This document shows, one piece after another, positions 12,001 to 22,618 of a stretch of 64,000 nucleotides of DNA. The position numbers were made by a program, and so were the translations under genes. Source of the DNA: Amoebophrya sp. A120. Lineage: Eukaryota > Protista > Dinoflagellata. The notes beneath the pieces are model-generated. The model saw only the letters and a list, made by a program, of their open reading frames with translations. It made no database searches and was not told the origin of the DNA. The DNA is taken from the NCBI GenBank assembly GCA_905178155.1, contig CAJINV010000004.1, forward strand, positions 558,609-622,608, read 5' to 3'. Each line of letters begins with the position of its first letter. The stretch's first letter is position 1.

Positions 12001-14923
12001 GGAGCTGCAAGGCTTTCCCACGCTGGGCAGCACTACAGTCCGCAACTTTTGCCTTCTAGCATCACAAAGCTGATTTGTGGCCACAAATCTGCATCACAGA
12101 TTTCCGTTTTGATATGGGGAGGGGGCATTTTTCATTGTGATAGCACCCCCGATTACAACGACAGGTGGCGGTGGCGGCGCAGTGGCCGTGGCGCAGGCAC
12201 CGCCGGCCGCCCCACCTATGAGAGTGCACAACTGCCCCCCCTCATTTGTATTGCATGAACAGCAATACAAACACCACCACACGTGGAGCCTGTGCATGAC
12301 AGATTCATGCGCCTAGTGTAGTACGGTTTGGGCTTCGGAATCTGTGACGCAAAGAGTGCCACAGGGAAGCCCTTGGATTTGGGGTTTTGCATGACAAACA
12401 AGGTCCGAGCACGGGGACAGAGTCCCCGTGCGACGACCTTCCGGCATTTGCCTGCCTGCGCGGTGGCACTGGGCCGCAGGCAGGTCGCCTGCAGCTGGGT
12501 ATCTCGGTGCGCCTTGCATTCACTGACCCGCGACGGGCCTGCGGACGCGGCTCCCTTGCTTGCGCGCACTAGGTCCGTTAGCCTGCCGCGCGCAAAGATA
12601 ATGAAAAAGAAAAGAAGAAACTGGCGCCGGGTGCGGGTCTGGAGCGAGCCGGCCTGCAAGTCATGACGCGGCGGCAGAATCCCCGCACTGCGTGGTGTCC
12701 GGAGAGTGTTCGTAGCTAGCCCCTAGGCCATGACGCGGGGACCGAGTCCCCGCGCTGGCCTAGGGCTTTCGCCCCTTGGCCGCACGGTGTCCGGGAAGCA
12801 CTTGCAGCTGACCCCTAGGCCATGACGCGGGGACCGAGTCCCCGCGCTGGCCTAGGGCTTTCGCCCCTTGGCCGCACGGTGTCCGGGAAGCACTTGCAGC
12901 TGACCCCTAGGCCATGACGCGGGGACCGAGTCCCCGCGCTGGCCTAGGGCTTTCGCCCCGTGGCCGCACGGTGTCCGGGAAGCACTTGCAGCTGACCCCT
13001 AGGCCATGACGCGGGGACCGAGTCCCCGCGCTGGCCTAGGGCTTTCGCCCCGTGGCCGCACGGTGTCCGGGAAGCACTTGCAGCTGACCCCTAGGCCATG
13101 ACGCGGGGACCGAGTCCCCGCGCTGGCCTAGGGCTTTCGCCCCGTGGCCGCACGGTGTCCGGGAAGCACTTGCAGCTGACCCCTAGGCCATGACGCGGGG
13201 ACCGAGTCCCCGCGCTGGCCTAGGGCTTTCGCCCCGTGGCCGCACGGTGTCCGGGAAGCACTTGCAGCTGACCCCTAGGCCATGACGCGGGGACCGAGTC
13301 CCCGCGCTGGCCTAGGGCTTTCGCCCCGTGGCCGCACGGTGTCCGGGAAGCACTTGCAGCTGACCCCTAGGCCATGACGCGGGGACCGAGTCCCCGCGCT
13401 GGCCTAGGGCTTTCGCCCCGTGGCCGCACGGTGTCCGGGAAGCACTTGCAGCTGACCCCTAGGCCATGACGCGGGGACCGAGTCCCCGCGCTGGCCTAGG
13501 GCTTTCGCCCCGTGGCCGCACGGTGTCCGGGAAGCACTTGCAGCTGACCCCTAGGCCATGACGCGGGGACCGAGTCCCCGCGCTGGCCTAGGGCTTTCGC
13601 CCCGTGGCCGCACGGTGTCCGGGAAGCACTTGCAGCTGACCCCTAGGCCATTACGCGGGGACCGAGAGAGGCCCCGCGCTGGCCTAGGGCTTTCGCCCCG
13701 TGGCCGCATGGTCCGTCTCGCGACGCGTGACAGACTGGGCTTCGGGGCCAAACCTCGCATGACAAAGTCCGAAAGTTTGGCCGGGGTGTGTCCGAAAGTC
13801 TGCCCGGGGTGTGTCCGAAAGTCTGCCCGGGGTGTGTCCGGGGTGTGTCTGGGGTATGTTCGGACTTTTTGCCTGGGGTGTGTTCGGGGGTCTGTCTGGG
13901 GTATGTCTGGGGTGTGTCTGGGGTGTGTCTGGGGTGTGTCTGGGGTATGTTTATACCCCACCTTCTGCGTTTTCGCCAAAAATGTGTATTCAGGTCGTGA
14001 CTGACTGCCATTTGCATACCCCTGACACACCCCCGAACATACCCCCGAGCATACCCCTCGCATGCATTTTTGACCAGCTGCTGCAGTTTAGATAGTAATG
14101 AGGGAGAGGGGGGGGCTGTGCACTCTCATACCACCAATCCAGATCCCAGTTCCCGTGCCCGCACCCGCACCACCACCACAGGTCGTGCACGTGCCCTACG
14201 CGCAGCCGGTTGTGTATCAAATGTAAAAATGTCTGGGTCTGGAAGAGGAGAAGTTTGTCATGCACATTTTCCATGATCCATGATGTCTGCGATGTATGCC
14301 GTAGCATCTTCACAGATTTTTTGAGCGCCTATCGATGCGCATCCTGCATGACAAAAGCCCTCTCGTCCGCGTAGCCAAATTTGACTCCTCTTGCTGCTGA
14401 TGCAATACAGATTTTTTTAGCATCCACATGCAGCATCACAAGTTTGGTTCTTCCAGAGGACCCAGACATATTTGCAATCCATATTGTGCAGCCCGTGCAC
14501 ATTCCGTACCCCGTGCCCGGACCGGTCAAGGTGACGCCGGTCCCGGTGCCAGTACCCGCACCAGCCGGTGGAGGAGCAGGCGCGGCCGGAGGTGGACCGC
14601 AGGTTGTTGCGCCCGCGTTGGCGAACTACATGCCAAACGCAAACATCAACACGGGAGCTGCTGCACCAGCACCGAGTCCCGCTCCAGCCGGCCCGGTTGC
14701 GTCTCCCGGTGGGCCGGTCGCAGCTCCAAGCACAACGGGTAGTACTCCGTTTCTGGTAGAGAAGGGACGAAAGGTGGTGGACGTTTCTCCAGCGGAGAGC
14801 AAAGTGATCAGGCCGCATGAGGTTAGCTCTGCTAGTGCTGACAAGAACACGCCAGCCTGGGCGTCGAAGCTGATGAAGGATATCAATTTCTTAAAAAGCA
14901 GTGGAGCACCGCCGCCGCAGTAA
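1..14923 (+). CDS. Gene 1 (5'-partial): large CAP/SCP-domain protein with Thr-rich mucin-like tracts, ~4 copies of a ~130-aa alpha/beta module and a Pro-rich C-terminus (>1930 aa)
   Basis: CAP motifs assemble across introns: HNLFRCLHNVPPLIWNSELA, FGENIA, WARATKWWYEDEI, GHYTQVVWGDSWELGCA, VLCQY. Inferred exons: <1-283,544-593,757-916,1152-1343,1654-1757,2693-2792,3020-3186,3344-3460,3675-3750,3939-4501,4769-4829,5044-5054,5841-6106,6374-6443,6758-7910,8246-8313,8572-8612,8728-8797,9134-9253,9535-10110,10390-10756,11043-11261,11422-11821,12148-12216,14136-14214,14489-14923 (5817 nt, open to TAA). Confidence 0.85.
284..538. mobile_element. Introner, family E (TIR TATGGCGTTCTCAAACGTTAC-like)
   Basis: TAC..ATA; TSD cttga/cttga; removal restores the CAP W-WY-E motif. 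Confidence 0.9.
594..751. mobile_element. Introner, family A (TIR TATCAAATGCAAAAATGTCTGGGTCTGGAA-like), shortened
   Basis: TSD agatt/agatc; frame restored. Confidence 0.8.
917..1146. mobile_element. Introner, family G (TIR TATCCAGGAAAAAAACTGTGTAAGTG-like)
   Basis: TSD cgttg/cgttg. Confidence 0.9.
1344..1648. mobile_element. Introner, degenerate A-like
   Basis: TAT..ATA; TSD diverged (cgcag/cttgg) but a 5-nt offset restores the frame. Confidence 0.65.
1758..2687. mobile_element. Introner, family B (TIR TATCCTGTGCAAAAGTATCGTACTCGT-like), enlarged by a nested insertion
   Basis: TAG..ATA; a 5-nt offset restores LLA|LEKP. Confidence 0.7.
1929..2652 (+). mobile_element. Nested non-autonomous Helitron2/Helentron-like element
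   Basis: Asymmetric 11-bp inverted repeats GTAGTGAGGTC (1930-1940) and GACCTCACTAC (2623-2633), a short GC hairpin at 2636-2647, then a T run; no TSD. Confidence 0.5.
2793..3019 (+). other. GT-AG intron derived from a decayed E-like introner
   Basis: GTATGGACTTCTCAA...GATACAG; joins K-L-N-Y in frame; 3' TIR eroded. Confidence 0.6.
3187..3338. mobile_element. Introner, family B
   Basis: TSD tgcag/tgcag. Confidence 0.92.
3461..3669. mobile_element. Introner, degenerate B
   Basis: TSD ccatg/agacg; 5-nt offset in frame. Confidence 0.7.
3751..3933. mobile_element. Introner, family H (TIR TATCCACAGGAAATTTCCTGTAC-like)
   Basis: TSD gacgg/gacgg. Confidence 0.88.
4040..4250 (+). repeat. Coding (ACN)n poly-Thr/Ser tract; similar tracts at ~5925-6025, ~7018-7120, ~10600-10685 and ~26508-26630
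   Basis: ACC/ACG/ACA triplet runs in the exon frame. Confidence 0.9.
4502..4763. mobile_element. Introner, family A
   Basis: TSD ttccg/ttccg. Confidence 0.92.
4830..5038. mobile_element. Introner, family G
   Basis: TSD cgacc/cgacc. Confidence 0.92.
5055..5835. mobile_element. Large TIR-bounded intron containing an antisense relic reading frame
   Basis: Arms GAGGAAAAAGCTCGAGTCAAGTC / GACTTGACTCAAAGCTTTTTTTCTC; removal restores DQLDL|LKQY, matching the paralogous repeat. Confidence 0.7.
6107..6368. mobile_element. Introner, family A (reverse orientation)
   Basis: TSD atgca/atgca. Confidence 0.92.
6444..6752. mobile_element. Introner, family J (~51-bp TIR TATGAAAGCCTCAG..GGAAATCCTC)
   Basis: TSD tcgcg/tcgcg. 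Confidence 0.92.
7911..8240. mobile_element. Introner, family D (TIR TATnnnAGGAAAAATCCCCCCTCCCCATA)
   Basis: TSD cagtg/cagtg. Confidence 0.92.
8314..8566. mobile_element. Introner, B-like
   Basis: TSD tgcca/tacca. Confidence 0.82.
8613..8722. mobile_element. Introner, family C (TIR TATCCAGGAAAAAACACCCATCC; ~110 bp)
   Basis: TSD caggc/caggc; an exact GC-AG excision is possible. Confidence 0.92.
8798..9128. mobile_element. Introner, family D
   Basis: TSD ccacg/ccacg. Confidence 0.92.
9254..9529. mobile_element. Introner, family A
   Basis: TSD cgaag/cgaag. Confidence 0.92.
10111..10384. mobile_element. Introner, family A (reverse orientation)
   Basis: TSD cgctc/cgctc. Confidence 0.92.
10757..11037. 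mobile_element. Introner, family K (TIR TATCCTGTGTAAAAACGTCCCCA-like)
   Basis: TSD cccgg/cccgg. Confidence 0.9.
11262..11421 (+). other. Canonical GT-AG intron without TIRs
   Basis: GTAGTA...CAACAG; joins GS-D-ALNP in frame. Confidence 0.65.
11822..12142. mobile_element. Introner, family I (TIR TATnnnAnTGAAAAATGCCCCCACCCCA)
   Basis: TSD gcacc/gcacc. Confidence 0.92.
12720..13712. repeat. 92-bp tandem array, 10 full copies plus one variant partial copy, each with a CTAG-bounded hairpin
   Basis: Period 92 (CCCTAGG T at 12724, 12816, 12908 ... 13644); unit contains CCCTAGGCCA-tga-CGCGGGGAC-cga-GTCCCCGCG-c-TGGCCTAGGG. Confidence 0.97.
13783..14058. repeat. GGGGTGTGTCT-type minisatellite with an inverted copy block
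   Basis: ~11-13-bp units at 13783-13950; reverse-complement units (ATACCCC, ACACACCCCC) at 14016-14058. Confidence 0.85.
14215..14483. mobile_element. Introner, family A (reverse orientation)
   Basis: TSD ttgtg/ttgtg. Confidence 0.92.
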
Positions 14924-16413
14924 CGACGAAAAAGTAAAAAGAAAGCAGGAGTCTTTTATTACATTATGAAGAGATCGAGATCTTCAGAAAGAAACACCTA
15001 AATTTAATTTTCAGCTAGCAAAATCTTCACTTCTTATCATCTTAGATCTAGTATTACCTTTTACTTAAGCAGACGAGAAGATATCGTTGCAGATTTCAAA
15101 ACGAGAAGTTGGAATTTTCAAAGATAAACGATAAGTATGTAGTTTCCCAAGGAATATGAACTACGATGAGACGGTACTAGAAATAGAATACCAAGTACCC
15201 ATTGCTTTCCATTTCCATACCTTCAGCTTCACGATCACGAAAACAATCAAAATGATTTTTACTAAATATTTTTTTTCACCCGTTTCGCGCATTCGAGATC
15301 CAAAAGATTTGTTTCATCCTGCTATCTTGCGGATAGGAAAACTACAAAGGTAGTTGCAGGACAATCTATGCACAGTTGCAGGCCGTAGTTGCAAAATGAT
15401 CTACATAGAGATAGACACTAGAAGAATTTCCTGCTGCAATACAACGATTCTCCATGTTGATGTTGAGTATCCGCGATCAAATGAACAATATATGATGAAG
15501 GAGGAATCACCGGCATAGCGTTGGCCTACTTTGCTGGGGGAGCAAGTGGTGAAGAATAAATCGATTTATTTTCAATGCATCAACAACAGCAGCAGCTATG
15601 ATATACAAGCGCTACTAACTCTAGCTTGCAATTGTATCTATGATTTTCAACTCGCAGGAGCATAGCAGGGAAATAAAAGAAAGAGAAAAAAATGTGGCAC
15701 GCATTTACAGTGGCAATTTGGGCCTCAGTTCCTCGACATTGCAGGCCAGTCCAGTTGAACCAAAAAGAGGACCTGTCTTGGCGTGCTCCTTCTGCTTGCT
15801 TCTTCAAAAAGTGCAAATTGGGATCGTTTGTTTTGAGGCCTGGTGATAGGGAAGACAAAGATTCAGGTTCAGCAAAGTAGGAAAGCGAAAACATATTGCA
15901 GCGCTATCTGATATAATGTGAGGAGGCGACTTACGCATGCTTTCTGGGTGGATGTGAGGCCGTGCCGGAATCAAAATCATGGCAAGATCTAGATCATGAA
16001 GACGATTGGGTTGCATTTGTTTGTGCTGACACGACCTGAGCTGGTGGCCATTTCCGGGAGGTGAAAGCAGAATTATGTCTGGTGTGCTCTGGCAAAGCTG
16101 CAAGCCGTGTATGCGTTGAGGTTGTGGACTTCTGAGTTGGAGGAATAACAAAAGTGAAGCCCAGGTGGAGCTGGTGCAGTTGGACAGATCATGAGGATGA
16201 GGATGATGTTGTAGTCATGATCTTCTTCAACTTCAACCTTTTTCTGCTTTTTCATCTGACGTAGAGCTCAACGTCAGCAAAGTACGACTACCAATGACAA
16301 CAAGATGCAATTAGCTACCTGATAAATCGAAGTCGAAAAGATGCGGGTAAGTGCCCTACAGTTGTTTCCCTGAAAAGAAGCGGTCCGTGTGACCCGGACA
16401 TCCAGATCCGGTC

Positions 16414-19400
16414 ATGAAGCTGACCCCCTACTTGCGCGCAGGCGGTCCGTTGTGCGCCGCCGGGCTCTATTTTCCACAATCCTGGTGGTCGGCCGAGGGT
16501 GTGCTTGTGTCAACGGACAAGGGACAGCATGAGAAGAAGCTTCGTGTCGAAACAAAAAGTGGTAAAGCGCACGCCGCTGCCCACCAGCAGAAACACAAGC
16601 ACAAGCACAAAAAGCATCGCGGAAGGAAGAAGCGCCATACTGGAAGAGGAACTGCAGAGGAAAGTGAAAAAAAAGAAATTCCTGGAGTAGAGGAGGCGAC
16701 TTCTAGCACAGCAGAAGCTCCTGCAGATTCATCTCCCGAGGACGGCGGTCGTGCAGCAAAGAGCGACACGGGTATTAAGTCTGCTGCAAATGACGAACGC
16801 GACGACCAGGACCTCGGTGACAAATCTTTCCTGCAGGAAGAAGTGACGCAGGAGGAAAAGGAGGAAGAATTAGCATCAAGAAGGCAGCAGGAAGAGACCG
16901 TCGATACCCAATCGAAATCCGCAACCGAAGCAGAAAGTGAAGATAAAACCGAAAACGAGGCCACAATTAAGAACGACGCGGCCAAGGAAGAAAAGAACGA
17001 GAATGACATCAACCGTTTCAGCGAGGAACTGGCAGCCGGAAAGAGCTATCTATTGCAAAAGTAGTGTGCTCGTTGTACCAAATTGCAATACAGCATAAAA
17101 CAGGATCTATTTTTTGCTGACCCTAATCTGCACGACGAATTCCATTTGTTCTTGAATACATTGTAGATAAAATTATAGGTACCAATTAACGTTGTAGACT
17201 TTTGCAATGCATAACGGCGGAACTAGAAAGAGGAAAAATTACGTGGACATTACGGAGCAAGGTAAAGAAAACAAACCCAAGAATGTATCCTGGATAAAAA
17301 CTTCCCATTTCCCGAAAGTCAAGATAAGAAATCTGCTAGACAAATCCAGAAGTTTTCCGTATTAGGCATGATGACACACCTGGACACTTTGTGCATTAAG
17401 CCGGTTTGGAAAGAATAAAAGCCGCACCATAAATTGGCCAACTCATCCTGAATAGCGTATTACGGCAGTAAACTTCCTCCAGACTCTCTGCGGTAGAATA
17501 AAATATACGCTCCGCATGGGGCAGTTGCGCATGGGACCCAATCTGGGCAACAAGTACATGCTCATCCAAATAATACTACGCATGACAAGTCTTGAGCGGG
17601 CGGGACGTCGGCGCTTTATTTCCTCAGGATACCGAGAGAAGAAGTGGAGCCTCGAGGAGCTGGCCGGGGAGGGAGTCCTGAGTGACGAAATGGACGCGGA
17701 ACTGTATGTATGCATTGCAAAAGTATCGTACACGTACTCGTGTAAATGCATTACAAATTTTCTTAGCGTGAGAAATAAAATTTGTAATGCGGATTCAACT
17801 TAAGAAAAAGATTTGTCATGCATGACTGCAATTACTACGAATACGATACTTTTGCACAGGATAGTATGACCGGTACATGACGGGGGAGTTTGACACGCAG
17901 CCACAGAATAAGCAACTCGTATGACAATGCACAACTCCCTCTCCTCCTCATTTGTATTGCATGAACAGCAATACAAACACCAGCACACGTGGAGCCAGTG
18001 CATGACAAATTCATGCCGCTAGTGTAGTACTGTCTGGTCTTCCGGAATCTGTCATGCAGACAGTGCCAAAGGGAAGCACTTTGATTTGGGGTTTTGCATC
18101 ACAAAAGAGGGGAAAGGGGAGTTGTGCACCCTCATAACTCGCAGAGCAGCTGCTCAACCTGAGTGACGAGGAAAAGGCCGGTGATCCGCTGACCATGGAC
18201 ACCTTGGCCTTCAAGCTGGACATGAAAAAGCCCGAAGTGGCCGCGTCGAACGGCGATAACGAACCGCGATTGGTGGAAAACATGAGCGCGAAGGAAAAGA
18301 GCGACGCAGCCGTCGAGGACGCTCCTGACGGAGATGAAGATGACCGGAAGTATTATGAGAAGCTGGTAAAAAAAAGCGAAGTTGACATTGGGAAAGGTAT
18401 TACTACAGCCACTGGCACCACTGCTATCCCGAGAAAAAACGGTATACAGTTACTTCCACATTGCTTTTTGCAACTTCATCAACAACACAAACTTTCTCTG
18501 CATGACAGAGAAAACTGGCAACGCAGAGACCAGAAGGGAAATAAACACGTATGTTGAAGCGAGGCAGGCACTCATTTTGCGCACGAGGAAGGTAGTAAGT
18601 TGCGCCGGTCCTGCAAGACAATGTGTAACTGTATGCTATGCTTTTGTCTCGCCATAATTGCAGATGCAGCTAAACCGACGGAAGTGACGGTGCCAAAAGA
18701 GGAGAACGACGAAAACAAAGTATGCACAGCAAAACCAAAACAAGCATCGTAGTAGTTGTCGTGCTAATTGCAATATAGGGATGACAGACTTGCTTCGTAG
18801 GTTGTCCTAGAAGTACATGAGAGACTCAGACTCGGTTCTTATTTTACAAAAAAAAAAAATGTAATAGCATCCGAATCCCTACTTCCTACAAATACCAATA
18901 CGATGCTTTTCCGTATCCATACAAAGACGCAAAAGTTTACTTCAACAAAGACGACGACACGTCGCTGGACAACACGGTCACGCTGACAGAGTATCCACAG
19001 AAAAAAAACCATCCACATCCAATTTGTCATTGTCATGCAAAAAACGTATCAAATCATGTGTTTGTCATGCAAAAAATGGATGTGGATGGTTTTTTTTCTG
19101 TGGATACAGAGTCCGACAAGACGATGAAGCTGAGTCAGGAGGAAGGATCCCAGAAGCTCGAGGAGGCGAGTGCGGAAACCCGGGGCGCGGCAAAGGCAGT
19201 CAAGCAAATGCAGGAGGAGTACAGTGTACGGGTTGGACTTCTGTTGTAGATTTATGCACTGCCACGCACGTGTTGATACAAATGCTGGTGGCATAGACAT
19301 TTTTTTTATGAGGAACAAACGTTGACTTTCACTCACAACCACGTCCCGGAATCCGCATGACAAGTTTTATTTTTTTCGTTGGAAAGTCAAAGTTTTGTCG

Positions 19401-22400
19401 TGTATTCTCAACTTCAGCGTGTGTGGCAGTGGTGAATTTGTGTTGCATACAGTGCAGACGAGCTGGCTGCGGGGAGCGCATACGACGCGTACGATTCCAT
19501 GAACGCACTTAACGAGGAAGAAGATTCGGAATTATTAGATTCCGCCTACGGGAGCGACAGCGACCAGTACTCCGGTATTAGAATTAGATAACTGCATAAG
19601 ATTATGACTTTCCTTGCGCGCGGGATGCACGCATCTGCAGTCAGACCACGTGGCCATGCACAGACAGTTGGAGTCAGACGGATATCTTTATCTGAGCAGC
19701 CTTGTTTATTTTGTCATACGCTAAAAATATGCTTTCTGTTTATTTCTACTGCGTGTGGAAGTCCCAGGATTATTTGCATCAAATTTATACATAGAGAAGA
19801 TGAAGATGATGAAATGAACGTACTCTATCAGGTGCAGATTTGTCATTCGCTTTGAACAGCAAGAGCGACCAACCGAACGTGACCGCGGCCGTTCCTGCGC
19901 TCGGCAGCGGGATAAACGCGACAACGCCTGCTGGTATCAAGCGCAAATATGTCTGGGGCTGGGAAGCGACTTCAAAAGTTGTGATGTTGTTTGTAGTCAG
20001 TCGTACAAAAATCTGTCATGCGCGTCGAGTATGTGAAGCTGGCCACTTTTGGCCTCGACGACCACATGCGAAGTTATAGGCATTGCAAGACTCATCATCT
20101 CGGCCCCGCATTGCAAACGGATTTTCCGGGCCGCGACAAACCTGTATGACAAACGAACCTTCTGCATTTTTCCAAAACCAGGCGTTGTTGCACGTTATAG
20201 GTACTACTCCGTCCATCCCCGGTCTCAACCCGTTGAACCCTGCGAACCCAGGACTGCAAGCCGGGCTCCAAGCCGCGCTGGGGGGCGCCTTGAATCAGAC
20301 CGGGCCCGGGCAGCCGGCAATTCAGCAAGCGTTGCAAAACGCGCAGGCTGCTCTTGGAGCAGCCGCGACCCCCCCGCCAGTGCTGAACATCACGGTGACA
20401 CCGGCGCCGGTGTCTCTCGAAGACCAAGTGAAAAAGCTGACCGAGCAGGTAGCGCAGAACACGGCGGCGCTCTCGAACGGCGCGAACGCCGTGCCCGCTG
20501 TTTTTCCGCCCCCAGGATCCCTCCGCCCCATCGTTCTCAGCCCCCTTACCGTGGCCCCGCCGCCGCCACCACCGCCTCCTGTTGTGGTACCAGCGCCGGC
20601 GCCGGCCACCCCACCTCCACCCAGCAGCTTCAATCTCCCAAACGGCGGCTATGTGCTGAAGACCAACGGCATGACGGTGGTGCAGCCCGGTTCGCCTTAT
20701 TTGCAGGGGTCGGCGACGACAGTGGCGCCGGTGGGTGGCGCGGCCGCGCAGGTATTGATAAAAGGGATATAGTTTTATCATCCGGTTTGTTTTGTTGACT
20801 AGGACTCCTAATTCATAATTGGCGTTGTCTTCCAAGCGACCGCACAGAACGCATATGCAATGAGCATCAACTTCTACTGCTGCACCATACGTAGAAAGTG
20901 GATAGTATCGATGTACATGCAGTTAATACGTCACTGCTTTGTATTGTTAACAGGGCGACGATGACACGCCGCCTGCGTATTTGCAACCCCTGATCGACTC
21001 CATTGACAAGTTTACGCTGTGTGAAGTCTTTACTAACGCCACATCTTTTCCATGGGCCCCAGATGAAAAATTTGTGATGTGCTTATTGCCTGTTAATCGA
21101 TAAAGATTGCATGTTGAACTTTGAATATTTGATACACGATGTGTGTCGTCCTTGTTCAAGGAGTTGCCTGGCATTTTTTTTTTGCCCTTGATCAGAAAGT
21201 GGCTCCTTTCATCACTCTGCATATGCTGGATCAAGTCACAGCAGGCCAATGCCACGAACCCGGCCGCAGCTGCCACTGGGGGAATCACGCTGGCGGAAAC
21301 GAAGCGCAAGTTCTTGTCGAAATTGGACATGCACAGTTTCTCCTCGAAGACAGACGCGATGGAAGAGTTCAAGCGAGAAGCGACAGAAGCTGAAATAGAG
21401 GGCGGGAAAGCTAGCGTGGAAGATGAAAGTACTAGCAGTGAAGCAGCGGCAGTGGCAACGGAGGCAGATGAAACTGAAGCTACTTCTACTAGCGAAGCAG
21501 ATCTAGCAGACACTCACGTAAGTGAACGTGACGGAGAGGCTTTGCAAGAAGCTGAGGAAGCAGAAACAACCGGCGAGGACTCTACGCGGCTGCGGCCATC
21601 TGAACGAACCGAACTGCAGAGGAGCGAAATGTCGGTGTCGCGGCAAAGCGAGGATAGCGTGCTGGCAACACCGGCGAATGAAGAGGAGAAAGTGGGAAGT
21701 CACCACCAGCGGAGGAATGTGGCCGGAACAAGTGGGCCGACACAAGACGATGCAGCAGCGGTTGCACAGCCGTATGCAAAGGAACGCAGATTTGTGTTGA
21801 ATCGAGTATAGCTATAGAGATTATGTCTGCTATGGATCAGGTGTATCGCATCTAATGAATAAGGCGCTTCATCGGGCGAGTTGCTGCGAACCACCCAGCT
21901 CGAGGATGGAGCTCGACTTCCTTGGTTGAATGTAATAAATTTGCGTCTTGCATAGTAAGCAACTAACCGACCGCGTCGTTGGTCCGGAACAGCTGCGCAA
22001 GGCCGTCGAAATCGAGCGAGCGAAAGCGGAAGAGAAACGGCTGAAGGCGATCTTGCAGGGAACGAGTACGGAGGCAGAGCGACGAGCTGCCTATGAACTG
22101 CAAAAGTAAAAACTAGTATAAAATGCATTACAAATTTTCTCAGCACGAGAGATGGAATTTGTCAAGCTGATTTGCGTTGGGAACAAGATCTGTAATGTTG
22201 CAAGACTTGCATTTATACGAAACGAATACGATAATTTTGCAGTGGATACCGCCAGGACAGCGGCAATGCTCCACAACGCGGATGCGGCAGAGACCGAAGA
22301 GGACGTCCGGGACATCTACAAAGCCAAGTGGGATATGGACCGCTCAAGCGTTACGCTCTCAAGTGTTACACAAAGTTGTCATGCGAAAACACTAAAAGCG

Positions 22401-22618
22401 CAGGGCAGGCGAGAGATTGATTGCGCGTTTTGCATTACAAATTTGGAACGGATTCCCGTGCTGCTCAGCCCTTCCAGAATTTGTCATGCGAAGCACCTTG
22501 ATCGTCTGGCGGCTCATCGTGATTTTGCATAACAAATCATGTAACAGTTGAGAACGATGCAACGTTTGAGAACGCCATATGGGAAGCGGAGGACTTGGAG
22601 CGGAGTTTTGACGCGTGA
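16414..22618 (+). CDS. Gene 2: putative secreted acidic/Pro-rich low-complexity protein (~990 aa), function unknown
   Basis: ATG at 16414 with a signal-like N-terminus and a His/Lys patch. Exons: 16414-17046,17219-17285,17637-17708,17869-17919,18142-18424,18662-18720,18927-18991,19112-19226,19455-19574,19832-19933,20201-20751,20954-~21020,~21228-21772,21960-22091,22254-22333,22585-22618 (TGA). The 19575 and 21020 junctions are tentative. Confidence 0.75.
17047..17213. mobile_element. Introner, degenerate B
   Basis: TSD agagc/acggc. Confidence 0.75.
17286..17631. mobile_element. Introner, degenerate (TATCCTG..CAGGATA)
   Basis: TSD gaatg/ccgag; 5-nt offset in frame. Confidence 0.68.
17709..17863. 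mobile_element. Introner, family B
   Basis: TSD gtatg/gtatg. Confidence 0.92.
17920..18136. mobile_element. Introner, family F
   Basis: TSD actcg/actcg. Confidence 0.92.
18425..18656. mobile_element. Introner, G-like
   Basis: TSD actgc/attgc. Confidence 0.82.
18721..18921. mobile_element. Introner, degenerate B
   Basis: TSD caaag/caaag. Confidence 0.85.
18992..19106. mobile_element. Introner, family C
   Basis: TSD cagag/cagag. Confidence 0.92.
19227..19449. mobile_element. Introner, singleton family
   Basis: TAC..ATA; TSD cagtg/cagtg; subterminal arms CACTGCCACGCACG / CGTGTGTGGCAGTG. Confidence 0.82.
19575..19831 (+). other. Probable GT-AG intron without clear TIRs
   Basis: GTATTA...TATCAG; joins YS-G-ADL in frame; acceptor tentative. 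Confidence 0.5.
19934..20200 (+). mobile_element. Decayed family A introner now bounded by GT..AG
   Basis: G+TAT...ATA+G; in-frame join PA-G-TTP. Confidence 0.75.
20752..20953 (+). other. Canonical GT-AG intron without TIRs
   Basis: CAG|GTATTG...TAACAG|GGC, phase 0. Confidence 0.7.
21773..21954. mobile_element. Introner, degenerate singleton
   Basis: TATGCAAAGGAACGCAGATTT / AAATTTGCGTCTTGCATA; in frame by 5-nt offset or by GT-AG. Confidence 0.72.
22092..22248. mobile_element. Introner, family B
   Basis: TSD ctgcc/ccgcc. Confidence 0.88.
22334..22579. mobile_element. Introner, family E
   Basis: TSD tggga/tggga. Confidence 0.92.

Larger units (their letters stand above)
12217..14130. mobile_element. 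Introner, family F (TIR TATGAGAGTGCACA), expanded to 1.9 kb by a nested repeat-rich insertion (~12399-14097)
   Basis: TSD ccacc/ccacc; an uninterrupted relative at 17920-18136 is 217 bp. Confidence 0.9.

Noticed and set aside
12720-13712. CRISPR array or hammerhead ribozyme array
   Set aside because: Units are contiguous with no unique spacers, there are no cas genes, and I found no CUGANGA/GAAA core in the unit on either strand.
14370-14387. Similarity to the dinoflagellate spliced leader (CGTAGCCA..TTTG.CTC)
   Set aside because: It is a gapped partial match within family A and is not conserved in most sister copies (for example 6257 and 10261).
14924-16413. Short ORFs in AT-richer spacers (also 22619-23800 and 48665-51120)
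   Set aside because: No coherent coding signal or homology recognised; likely UTR or intergenic. No tRNA or rRNA was recognised anywhere in the window.
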